DNA from: an uncultured Pseudomonadota bacterium
GTDB lineage: Bacteria; Pseudomonadota; Gammaproteobacteria; Natronospirales; REEB76
NCBI GenBank assembly: GCA_963817285.1
Contig: CAWFOE010000019.1
Location: forward strand, 3,693 to 67,692
Direction of reading: 5' to 3'
DNA: 64,000 nucleotides
The stretch's first letter is position 1, and each line of letters opens with the position of its first letter. Shown piece after piece: positions 17,633-27,605 of the stretch. The notes under the pieces are model-generated. The model did no database searches. It was not told the origin of the DNA and worked only from the letters and a program-made list of their open reading frames with translations. Position numbers and translations under genes: made by a program.

Positions 17633-18334
17633 TCAGCCGATGTCCGGACCTATCTTCACTGAGATGATGAAGTGGCGCACGCCGGTCAAGGCGGCGGGCA
17701 CCACTGGCAGGGAAGCGCTCTGTACCGCGGCGATGGCCGCGTTATCCAGGTCGGCGTTGCCGCTGGAGCGGTACACCTTCACATCCGTGGCCTTGTCGCC
17801 CTCGCCCCGGTCGAATTCGATGAGGGCGGTGCCCTGCCCTGCATCGGTTTGGGGGTAGTGCCGCTCGCCGTCGATGGCGAGCTTGGTCTCGAGGGCGAAG
17901 AGCTGCCGCATGCCCTCGTCACTCGCCGCCGCCAACTCGTAATAGCCCATGGCTTCCTGGTTGTCTCTGGGGCTGTCGGAAGCCGTCTCATACATGTACC
18001 AGAGGTTCGCCGCGGCGATGCCGTCTCCTTCTGCCGCCGCCCGCCGGTACCAATAATAAGCACTGCGGTACTCATCCCACCGCCACTGGGAGAGGTCCGC
18101 GAGTCGGAGTTCTCCCTCCACGCTGGCACTGCCGTCCAGCTCTCTATAGAGATGCCAGGTCCGGTAGATGTCCGCCGGTGCGTCGCCATCCACGGCATAC
18201 ACATCCCCGGACATGGGTCTCGCGTGGGCGACGTGGTTCGCAGTAGCGGTGGCGCAGCCAGAGAGGATCAGCAGCGCGAAGCCACTGGCCAGGAGAGATG
18301 CGGCAGATCGGCGTAGGTGCATCTTCATATCCAT
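17633..18334 (-). CDS. lipoprotein with Sel1-like repeats plus a TonB C-terminal-like domain (paralog 3)
   Basis: Signal/lipobox MHLRRSAASLLASGFALLILSGC. Sel1-like segment: YYWYRRAAAEGDGIAAANLWYMYE. C-terminus: GQGTALIEFDRGEGDKATDVKVYRSSGNADLDNAAIAAVQSASLP. Confidence 0.65.
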   Translation of the reverse strand: MDMKMHLRRSAASLLASGFALLILSGCATATANHVAHARPMSGDVYAVDGDAPADIYRTWHLYRELDGSASVEGELRLADLSQWRWDEYRSAYYWYRRAAAEGDGIAAANLWYMYETASDSPRDNQEAMGYYELAAASDEGMRQLFALETKLAIDGERHYPQTDAGQGTALIEFDRGEGDKATDVKVYRSSGNADLDNAAIAAVQSASLPVVPAALTGVRHFIISVKIGPDIG

Positions 18335-18641
18335 ATCATGCGCGCTTCGGGTGTCACCTGCAGAGCCCGCTATTCCTGGGGCGGGGATGCACTCCTGTGG
18401 CTGTTCATATCGTATTCATGGGAATTTCATTTCGCCTGGAAATACAGGGCTCAGGTACATATCTGATTTAATTCTATATCCCTTGAACCACCGGCGGCCC
18501 TTAGCCAACATTAAACACGAGAGATACGCACACATGAGGGATGGGAAAAGACCTCGTCTTTCTGGATGCGGACCGGCGGCACGACCTGATTTCCCCACGC
18601 TCAGGCCGAAGCCGCTTAGGACCGCCTCTGGAGGTGTATAC

Positions 18642-18670
18642 ACGGCGGGCACAGGGAGTGTGCCCGCCGT
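18642..18670. other. perfect 11-bp stem / 7-nt loop hairpin in a ~450-nt divergent intergenic region
   Basis: ACGGCGGGCAC-agggagt-GTGCCCGCCGT. There is no downstream T-run, so it is not a canonical terminator. Confidence 0.3.
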
Positions 18671-18782
18671 GATCCGGGATAGCCCACGCCCTTCTCGCCT
18701 GATTTAATCCCGAAATCCTTGAACTAGCTGACCCTCCAGCCACTCTATAAGGGTGCCGCACCCATAGGCGGCGCACTTCTAT

Positions 18783-19679
18783 ATGGCGGAGGAATCCATG
18801 GCTAGCTCGACCAAGTCATCCGGTGCTCTCTTCGGCTTGCCTGCCTTCTTCGGCAACAACCTCTCCATGGGAGCAGCCGAGAGCGCCAGCGGCAAACCCG
18901 GCTTCGGCCGATTCTTCTTCGCCCTCACCTTCATGGGCCTCGGCATCCTCGGCCTCACCTCCGGCTCCTTCGCCGAAGTGTGGCAACCGGTACCGAAAAG
19001 CGTGCCGGCCCAGACGGCTATCGCCTACCTCTGCGCGATCATCATGCTGGCAGGCGGTGTGGGTCTCTTCTGGAAGCGCAGCGTCACCTTGGCCACCCGG
19101 CTGCTCTTCGCGTATCTGCTGCTCTGGGTGCTGCTTCTCGAGATCTGGCCCATCGTGCAGCACCCCGGCATCGAAGCCATGTGGGCCGGCTGCGGCGAGA
19201 TAATGGTGGTGCTGGCCGGCACCTGGACTCTCTTCGCCCTGAATGCAGGGCCCTGGGAGCGTGCTCACCTAGGTTTCGCTACCGGCCAGCGCGGCCAAGC
19301 CATCGCGCGGTTGCTTTTGGGCCTCGCGATCATCGCCATCGGTTTCGAGCACATCCTGTATGCCAAGGATACTGCGGACTACGTCCCGAAGTGGATCCCC
19401 GGCTCTCTCTTCTGGGCCTATCTCACGGGCGTCGGCCACGTGGCCGCGGGCTTCGGCATCCTCTTCGGGGTGTATCCGCGTCTCGCGGCGATGATGGAAG
19501 CGCAGATGATGAACGTGTTCACCCTGCTGGTTTGGGTGCCGTTCTTCTTCTTGAAGCCGCCGGACCACTTCCAGTGGACGGGCTTCTTCATCTCCAACCT
19601 GTTGGCCTTCGGCGTCTGGGTGGTGGCGGATTCCTATCGAGGATCACCCTGGCTCAGCATAGGCAAGTCAAAGGCCTGA
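18783..19679 (+). CDS. polytopic membrane protein, unknown family (DoxX-like topology)
   Basis: 298 aa with about 8 hydrophobic helices and GC-rich codon usage. I recognise no catalytic motif. Confidence 0.45.
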   Translation: MAEESMASSTKSSGALFGLPAFFGNNLSMGAAESASGKPGFGRFFFALTFMGLGILGLTSGSFAEVWQPVPKSVPAQTAIAYLCAIIMLAGGVGLFWKRSVTLATRLLFAYLLLWVLLLEIWPIVQHPGIEAMWAGCGEIMVVLAGTWTLFALNAGPWERAHLGFATGQRGQAIARLLLGLAIIAIGFEHILYAKDTADYVPKWIPGSLFWAYLTGVGHVAAGFGILFGVYPRLAAMMEAQMMNVFTLLVWVPFFFLKPPDHFQWTGFFISNLLAFGVWVVADSYRGSPWLSIGKSKA

Positions 19680-19698
19680 GCGATCTGGCGGCAGGCGA

Positions 19699-21163
19699 CT
19701 ACTTATGAGTGGGCTTGCTGTCGCTCACGTCGCCCGAGGTGGGTAGCTCGTCCGCGCTCCAGCCTCCCCCTAAGTCTTCTATCAGCGTCACGCTCGCCAC
19801 CAGCCTCTGCTGCTCCAGGCTGAGGTCGGTCTGCTCGCTGGCGAGGGCCGTGGCCTGGGCGGTGACCACGGTGGTATAGGCGACCGTGCCCGCCCGGTAC
19901 TCGTTCATGGATATCTGCGCCGCCAGCTCCGAATCCTTCACCGCCTGATCCTGCACCGTGGCCTGCTGGGCCAGGATGCGCAAGCGTGGCGAGCTGGTCT
20001 TCCACGCCCTGGAAGGCGGTCAGCACCGTGAGCCGGTAGTTGGCCACGCTCGCGTCATAGGCGGCCTCGGCGGCGCTCACCGCTGCGCTGGTGGCACCAC
20101 CGTTGAACAGGTTCTCGGTGGCGTCCGCTCCGACCGACCAGGTGCGGTCGGGAGCGGAGACGAGCTTGGCGAAAGCGTTATTCACATAGCCTAAGAGCCC
20201 CGAGAGGCTGAGGTCTGGGTAGTAGCCCGCGTCCTCCACGCCGATCTCGGCATTGGCCGCGGCCACCTGGCGCTCTGCCACGGCGATGTCCGGGCGGCGC
20301 TCCAAGAGTTCGGAAGGCACCATCACCGGCACCACCGGCACGGTGCTGGTGAGCGTACCCGCTGGCAGGTTGAACTCCGAAGGCGCCTTGCCGATGAGCA
20401 CGGCGATGGCGTGCTCCAGGGTCGCCCGCTGCACGCCTACGTTCACGTCCTCGGACTGGGCGGTATCGAGCTGGGTCTGGGCAGTGATCACGTCGAGCCG
20501 GCTCACCACGCCTACGGTGTACTGGTTCTGGGTGATGGTGAGAGAGCGCTTGTAGCCATCCACCGTCTGGTCCAGCAGGATCTGCAGCTGATCAGCGGCG
20601 CGCAGGTTGAAATAGTCGGTGGCCAGGGCCGCTTCCGCCGAGAGGCGCGCGGAAGCGAGTTCCGCGGCGCTCGCTTGTGCGCTCGAGACCGCGTTCTCCT
20701 TCTGGCGCCGGATCTTGCCCCAGAGATCCAGGTCCCAGCTGGCGCTGGCCTGCAGGTTGTAGTTGTTCGTGGGTGCCGGCGTGGTCGTGAGCAGACCATT
20801 GGAACTCGTGCTGGCACGTCCACGAGTGCCCGCGAGGCCAAGGTTGAGACTGGGATAGAGCGCAGCCCCCGCTTCCTGAGCGAGCGCACTCGCTTGCAGG
20901 TAGTTGGCGGCGGCTTCCTGGATGTTCAGGTTGGAGATATCTATCTGCTTCTCCAGGTCATCCAGCGTCGGATCGGCATAGATGGACCACCACGGACCCC
21001 GGTCCTTGTTGTCCTGGGGTTGGCTCACTTTCCACCCCTGCAGCTCCTTGAAGCTCTTGGACTCCGGCGCAGTGGGGCGCTTGTAATCGGGGCCCACGGC
21101 GCAGGCGGCCAACAGAAGCACCAGCAGCGCCGAGAGCGCTCCGGGCATGACACGGCAGATCAT
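19699..21163 (-). pseudogene. NodT-family efflux outer-membrane factor lipoprotein, frameshifted near 19981-19984
   Basis: Start [30 protein letters not shown] (lipobox plus the OMF hallmark). The body is in ORF 19703..21382 up to ...GVEDQLATL. The last 93 aa ([12 protein letters not shown]...LGGGW) are in ORF 19699..19983. Confidence 0.8.
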
Positions 21164-24100
21164 GGATGCTCTCCTTGCGCAGCCGGCAGAGCAGCGCGGG
21201 CGTTCATCGCTGCGCTTGGCGAACCTGAGGCGCAGGCGGTCGAGATAGAGGTAGACCACAGGCGTGGTGTAGAGGGTGAGTATCTGGCTGAAGACGAGGC
21301 CGCCGATGACCGAGATACCGAGAGGGAAGCGGAGCTCAGAGCCGTAACCCGTCACTAGCACCAAGGGTAGCGCCCCCAGCATGGCGGCGGCAGGTGGTCA
21401 TCATGATGGGCCGAAAACGCAGCAGGCAGGCTTCGCGGATGGCCTCCACTGGCGTGAGGCCGTGGTCGCGTTCCGCCTGGAGGGCGAAGTCGATCATCAG
21501 GATGGCGTTCTTCTTCACGATGCCGATGAGCAGGATGACGCCGATCAGGGCGATGATGGTGAAGGCACGTGCAGAGTGCGCTGGCGAGGAGCGCGCCCAC
21601 GCCCGCCGAGGGCAAGCGTCGAGAGGATGGTGAGCGGGTGCACGTAGCTCTCGTAGAGGATGCCCAGCACGATGTACACGGCGGCGAGCGCCGCCAGGAT
21701 CAGGATCGGCTCGCTGGAGAGGGACTGCTGGAACACCTGGGCAGTGCCCTGGAAGCTGCCGTGGATGTGGCAAGGCATCCCGATGCCGACTTCCGCCGAG
21801 CGTATGGCCTTCACCGCGTCGCTGAGCGACTTGCCCTGGGCCCACGTTGAAGGAGAGCGTGCTGGCCACGAAGGGACCCTGGTGGTTCACCGAGAGCGGC
21901 GTGGAGCCGGGCTACGTAGTGGGTGAAGGACGCGAGCGGCACCAGGGTCTCGGCGCTGGTGCTCACGGCGGTGCCGTTGGAAGCCGATGCATGGCCGCTG
22001 GCGGCGATGGCGTTGATGGCGGCGTTACGCGCCGAGTCGGCAGGCCACCTCGGCGGCCGTGGGCGCGGTGGAGGCCGACCGGATCCTTTCCCCGTCACGG
22101 TGCCTACCACGGCATTGGTGCTCTGGGTGCCGCTCGCGGCACCCGCCGAGGTGCTCACGTAGATGTACTTCAGGGAATCCGGGCTCTGCCAGTACTCGGG
22201 TGCAAGCCTCCATGATCACGTGGTACTGGTTCTGCTGCTCGTAGAGGGTGGAGACCTGGCGCTGGCCGAAGGCATCGTAGAGCGCGTTATCCACCTGCGC
22301 GGGCGTGACGCCGAGCCGCGCCATGGTGTCCCGGTCCATCACCAGGTCCGTCTCCAGGCCACCCTGCTGCAGGTCGGAGTTCACGTCCGTCATCACTGTG
22401 GAGTTCTGCAAGGCCGCGGCCAGTTTCGGGGCCCAGGTGTAGAGCTCGCTGTTGGAATCGGACTGCAGGGTGTACTGGTACTCGGCGTTGCTCTGCCGGC
22501 CCCCGGCACGGAAGTCCTGGGCTGCCTGCAGGAAGAGCTTGGCGCCCGTCACCACCCCGAGTTTCGGCCGCAAGCGGCCGATGATGGCATCAGCCGATAG
22601 CTTGCGCTCATCCAGGGGCTTCAGGGTCACGAACATGAAGCCGGAGTTGGTCTGCCGGCCGCCGGTGAAGCCCACTACGTTCGCCACTTCCGGGTCCGCG
22701 TGCACGATGGACATGAATTGGGTGAACTTGATCTTCATGGCCTGGAAAGAGATGCTCTGGTCGGCCTGGATGCCGCCGATGAGCATGCCCGTGTCCTCCT
22801 CCGGGAAGAACCCTTTGGGAACAGCCACGAACAGCACGAAGTTGAGGATGATGGTGGCGAGCAAGGCGAGTATCACGATGCGCGGATGGCGCAGCGCCGA
22901 GTCGAGGGTGCTGGCATAACCGCTCTTGAGGGAAGCGAAGAGGCGCGCCATGCGGCTCGACTTCTCCTCCGCCGCACCCTCTTTGCGGGCGCGCAGCAGC
23001 AGGGAACACATCATGGGCGTGGTGGTGAGGGAGACCAGGAGCGACACGCCGATGGCCAGGGAGAGCGTCATGGCGAACTCGCGGAAGAAGCGCCCGATGA
23101 TGCCGCCCATGAGCAAGATGGGCAGGAACACCGCCACGAGCGACAGGCTGATGGAGAACACTGTGAAGCTCACTTCCTTGGCGCCCACGAGCGCTGCCTC
23201 GAAGGGCTGCATGCCGCCCTCCATGTGGCGCGTGATGTTCTCCAGCACCACGATGGCATCGTCCACCACGAAGCCGGTGGCGATGGTGAGGGCCATGAGC
23301 GAGAGGTTGTCCAGGCTGAACCCGCAGAGATACATACCGGCGAAGGTGCCGATGAGGGAGATGGGTACCGCGACGCTGGGGATGAGCGCCGCCCGGGCCT
23401 GGCCCAGGAACAGGAACACCACCAGGATCACCAGCAGCACCGCGGCGGCGAGTGTGATCTCGGTGTCGTGCAGGGCAGCGCGCACCGTGGTGCTGCGGTT
23501 CAGCGCCACGCGCATATCCACATTGGACGGCAGCGAGGCCTTGAGTACCGGGATGAGCTTCAGCACCCCGTCCACGGTCTGGATCACATTGGCGCCGGGT
23601 TTCGCGTAGAGGATCACCAGCACCGCGGGCTGACCGTTGGAGAGACCTGCGTTGCGCACGTTCTCCACGGAGTCCAGCACCTGGGCCACGTCGAGACAGC
23701 CGCACGGCAGCGTTGTTGCGGTAGGCGACCACCAAGTCCCGGTACTGGGACGCCTTGGTGGCCTGGTCGTTGGTGTAGATCTGGTAGTGCTGGCCGCCGA
23801 ACTCGAGCGCACCCTTGGTGCTGTTGGCGTTAGCCGAGGCGAGTGCTGCGCGCACGTCCTCCATGCCGATGCCGTACTTGTTGAGCGCTGTGGGATTCAA
23901 CTCCACCCGCACGGCTGGCAGCGAGCTGCCGCCCAGGTCCACTTCGCCGATCCCGTCCAGCGGAGAGAGCCGTTGCTGCAGGATGTTGGTGGCAGAATCG
24001 TAGAGTTGGCCTTGGGTGAAGGTGCTGGATGTAAGCGCCAGGATCAGCACCGGTGCGTCTGCCGGGTTGGCCTTGTGATACGTGGGGTTGCTGCGCAGTG

Positions 24101-24464
24101 CTGTGGGCAAGTCCGCCCGCGCTGCGTTGATGGCGGCTTCCACGTCGCGCGCCGCGCCGTCGACGTCCCTATCCAGACCGAACTGCAGCACGATGCGGGT
24201 CGTCCCCGCCGAGCTTGAGGAGGTCATCTCGGTGACGTCGGCGATCTGCCCCAGGTGCCGCTCCAGGGGGGCGGCCACCGTGGCCGCCACGGTCTCAGGC
24301 CCGGCGCCGGGGAGGTTCGCCTGCACCGAGATGGTGGGGATATCCACCTGGGGTAGCGGCGCGACCGGCAGCAATGGAAACGCGAAGATGCCCGCCAAGG
24401 CGATGCCGGCGGTGAGCAGCGTGGTCGCCACCGGCCGCTTGATGAAGGGCGTGGACAGGCTCAC
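21160..24464 (-). pseudogene. mdtC: RND multidrug efflux permease, MdtC-like, with at least 6-8 frame disruptions
   Basis: N-terminus [17 protein letters not shown]... is in ORF 22608..24464, with the frame lost near 23693. The middle is in ORF 22025..23812. Further pieces lie in ORFs 21811..22158, 21336..21890, 21545..21814 and 21355..21615. The C-terminus ([41 protein letters not shown]) is at the start of ORF 19703..21382. Confidence 0.8.
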
Positions 24465-27400
24465 GGCGCCGTCCGATCACGCAGCGCGCGCCGCTCACGG
24501 GCACGCTGGGCGAGGCGGTCGAAGGCGAGGTAGATGACGGGCGTGGTGAAGAGCGTCAGGAGCTGGCTCACCAGGAGACCGCCCACGATGGTGATGCCGA
24601 GGGGCCGGCGCAGCTCCGAGCCTGTGCCGAAGCCGAGCATCAATGGCATGGCCGCAAGCAGCGCCGCCATGGTGGTCATCATGATTGGACGGAAGCGCAA
24701 CAGGCAGGCCTGACGGATGGCGTCTCGCGGCGCCATGCCCTCGCCCCGCTCCGCCTGCAGGGCGAAGTCGATCATCATGATGGCGTTCTTCTTGACGATG
24801 CCTATCAGCAAGACGATTCCGATGATAGAGATGATGTCCAGATCGTTGCCGGTCACGATCAGCGCCAAGAGCGCACCCAAGCCCGCCGAAGGCAGGGTCG
24901 AGAGGATGGTGAGCGGATGCACGAAGCTCTCGTAGAGCACGCCGAGCACGATGTACACCGTGACGATGGCGGCCAGGATGAGGAAGAGCTCGTTGCTCAA
25001 GGCCGCTTTGAAGGCGAGCGCCGCACCCTCGAAGGCGGTGATCACGCTCTGGGGGACCTTGATGTCCTCCTCGGCCGCCTCGATGGCGTCCACCGCTCCG
25101 CCCAATGATTGCCCGGGCGCGAGGTTGAAGGAGATGGTCGCCGAAGGGAACTGGTTCAGATGGTTGATGACCAGCGGCGCCTTCTGGGTCTCGATCGTGG
25201 TGAAGGCCGAGAGCGGCACCTGGCTGCCGGTGGCGGCTGAGGACGGCAGGTACACCGAGTTCAAGGAATCCACGCTCTGCTGCAGGGCCGGGTCCGCCTC
25301 CAGGATCACCCGGTACTGGTTCGACTGGGTGAAGATGGTGGAGACGATGCGCTGGCCGAATGAGTCGTAGAGCGCGTTGTCCACCGTGGCTGGCGTGATG
25401 CCGAAGCGCGCAGCCGTGCTGCGATCGATGTCCACGTAGGCCGAGAGCCCCTGCTCCTCCAGGTTGGAGGTCACATCAGCTAGCTGCGGCATGACCTGCA
25501 TGCGCGCCAAGAGCGCGCTGGACCACTTCGCGAGCTCGGCGGAACTCGTGTCTTCCAGTACGAACTGGTACTGGGTGGCGCTCAAGGTATCGCCGATGTT
25601 GAGATCCTGCACCGGCTGCATATAGAGGCTCACGCCGGGGATGTCTGCCGTCTCTTTCTGCAGGTCATGGATGATGTCACTGGCGTTCTCCCAGCGGCTA
25701 TCTCGCGAGGTCAGGTTGATGAGGAAGCGGCCCTGATTGAGGGTGGTGTTGGTGCCGTCCACGCCCACGTAGGAGGAGAGGCTCACCACGTGGGGGTCCT
25801 GCAGCACGCCCTTAGCCAAGGCCTGCTGCCGATCCACCATGGCCGCGAAGGAGACCGAGGGGGGCGCCGCCGACACGGCCTGGATCAGGCCCGTGTCCTG
25901 GGTGGGGAAGAAACCCTTGGGGATGACTATATAGAGCAGCACCGTTAGCACCAGCGTGCCCACTGCCACCCAGAGGGTCGCTCGCTCCCGCGCGAGCGCG
26001 TAATCGAGAGCCTTCTCATAGCGAGTCAGCAGATCCTGGAAGATCTTGTCGCTCCAGCCCAAGAGTTTGCTCTGGTGGGCCCGGGTCTCGGACTCGGGCT
26101 TCAATATCTTGGCGCACATCATGGGCACGAGCGTGAGAGACACCACCGCCGAGATGACGATGGTCACGGCGAGGGTGATGGCGAACTCGTGGAACAGGCG
26201 CCCCACCACGTCGCCCATGAAGAGCAAGGGGATGAGCACAGCGATCAGGGACACCGTGAGGGAGATGATGGTGAAACCGATCTGTTCGGCGCCCTTCAGG
26301 GCCGCGGCCAGGGGCTTCTCTCCCTCCTCCACGTAGCGGGCGATGTTCTCGATCATCACGATGGCGTCGTCCACCACGAAGCCGGTGGCGATGGTGAGCG
26401 CCATGAGCGAGAGGTTATCCAGGCTGAAACCGATGAGATACATCATCCCGAAGGTGCCGACGATGGAGATCGGGATCGAGAGGCTCGGCACGAGGGTGGC
26501 CGGCAGATTGCGCAGGAACAGGTAGATGATGAGCACCACCAGACGCCACCGCCAGAGTCAGCTCGAACTGGGTGTCATGCACCGAGGAGCGGATGGTGTT
26601 GGTGCGGTCCGTGAGCACGGACATGGTGACGGAAGCCGGCATAGAAGCCTGCAGCTGCGGCAGGAGCGCCTTCACCCGGTCCACCACCTCGATCACGTTG
26701 GCGCCCGGCTGACGCTGGATACTCAAGATGATCGCCGGCGTGGTGTTCATCCACGCGCCCAGCTGGGTGTTCTCCGCGCCCTCCACCACCGAAGCCACGT
26801 CCTTGAGGCGTACCGGCGCGCCGCTCTTGTAGGCGACGATGGCATCGAGGTATGAGTCTGCATCCTCCAACTGGTCGTTGGCGTTCAGGGTGAAGGACTG
26901 GGAAGGCCCGTCGAAACTCCCCTTGGGCCCGTTCACGTTCAGGTTGCCGAGGGTGGTGCGCAGGTCGTCGATGTTGAGCCCATAGCTCGCGAGCGCCCGC
27001 AGGTTCGCCTGCACCCGCACCGCGGGGCGCGCGCCGCCGCTTAAGGAGACGAGGCCCACGCCCGCCACCTGGGAGAGCTTCTGAGCGATGCGCGTGTCCG
27101 CCATGTCCTCCACTTGGGTGAGCGGCAGGGTGTTGGACATGACCGCGAGCGTCAGCACCGGCGCGTCTGCCGGGTTCACCTTGGCGTAGATGGGCGGCGC
27201 CGGCAGGCCCGCGGGCAGGAGGTTGCCGGCGGCATTGAGCGCCGCCTGTACTTCCTGTTCGGCCACGTCCAGGCTCAAAGTGAGATCGAACTGCAGGGTG
27301 ATGACTGAGGCGCCGGCGGATGACGCAGAAGACATCTGATCCAGACCCGGCATCTGGCCGAGCTGCACTTCCAACGGCGCAGTCACCGAACTCGTCATCA

Positions 27401-27572
27401 CGTCCGGACTCGCGCCCGGATACAGAGTGGTCACCTGGATAGTGGGGTAATCCACTTCCGGCAAGGCCGACAGCGGCAGGAACAGGTAGGCCACGCCGCC
27501 CGCCAAGAGGATGGCGACCATCAGCAGCGTGGTGGCCACGGGGCGGAGGATGAAAGGGCGTGACGGGTTCAT
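24461..27572 (-). pseudogene. mdtB: RND multidrug efflux permease, MdtB-like, single 1-nt insertion near 26543
   Basis: The N-terminal 340 aa ([23 protein letters not shown]...FELTLAVA) are in ORF 26415..27572. The rest ([29 protein letters not shown]...) is in ORF 24461..26539. Removing one nucleotide from gcgTctggtg restores LAVALVVLIIY. Confidence 0.85.
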
Positions 27573-27605
27573 GGCCGCCGGGTCTCTTTTATTGTATGGC
27601 GGAGG

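Noticed and set aside
18560-18700. Possible guanidine-I (ykkC)-like riboswitch, from ACACGG...CCGGGA strings around the hairpin
   Set aside because: Only short fragments resemble the consensus. The conserved 5' GGGUUCCG-type elements are not evident, and the downstream gene is not a typical guanidine-regulated transporter. This cannot be supported without a covariance-model search.
19703-21382. 559-aa ORF as a genuine fusion of an RND C-terminus with an outer-membrane factor
   Set aside because: The +1 frame gives a normal MdtC tail ending in a TGA that overlaps the OMF ATG (ATGA). The continuous frame is best explained by an additional indel.
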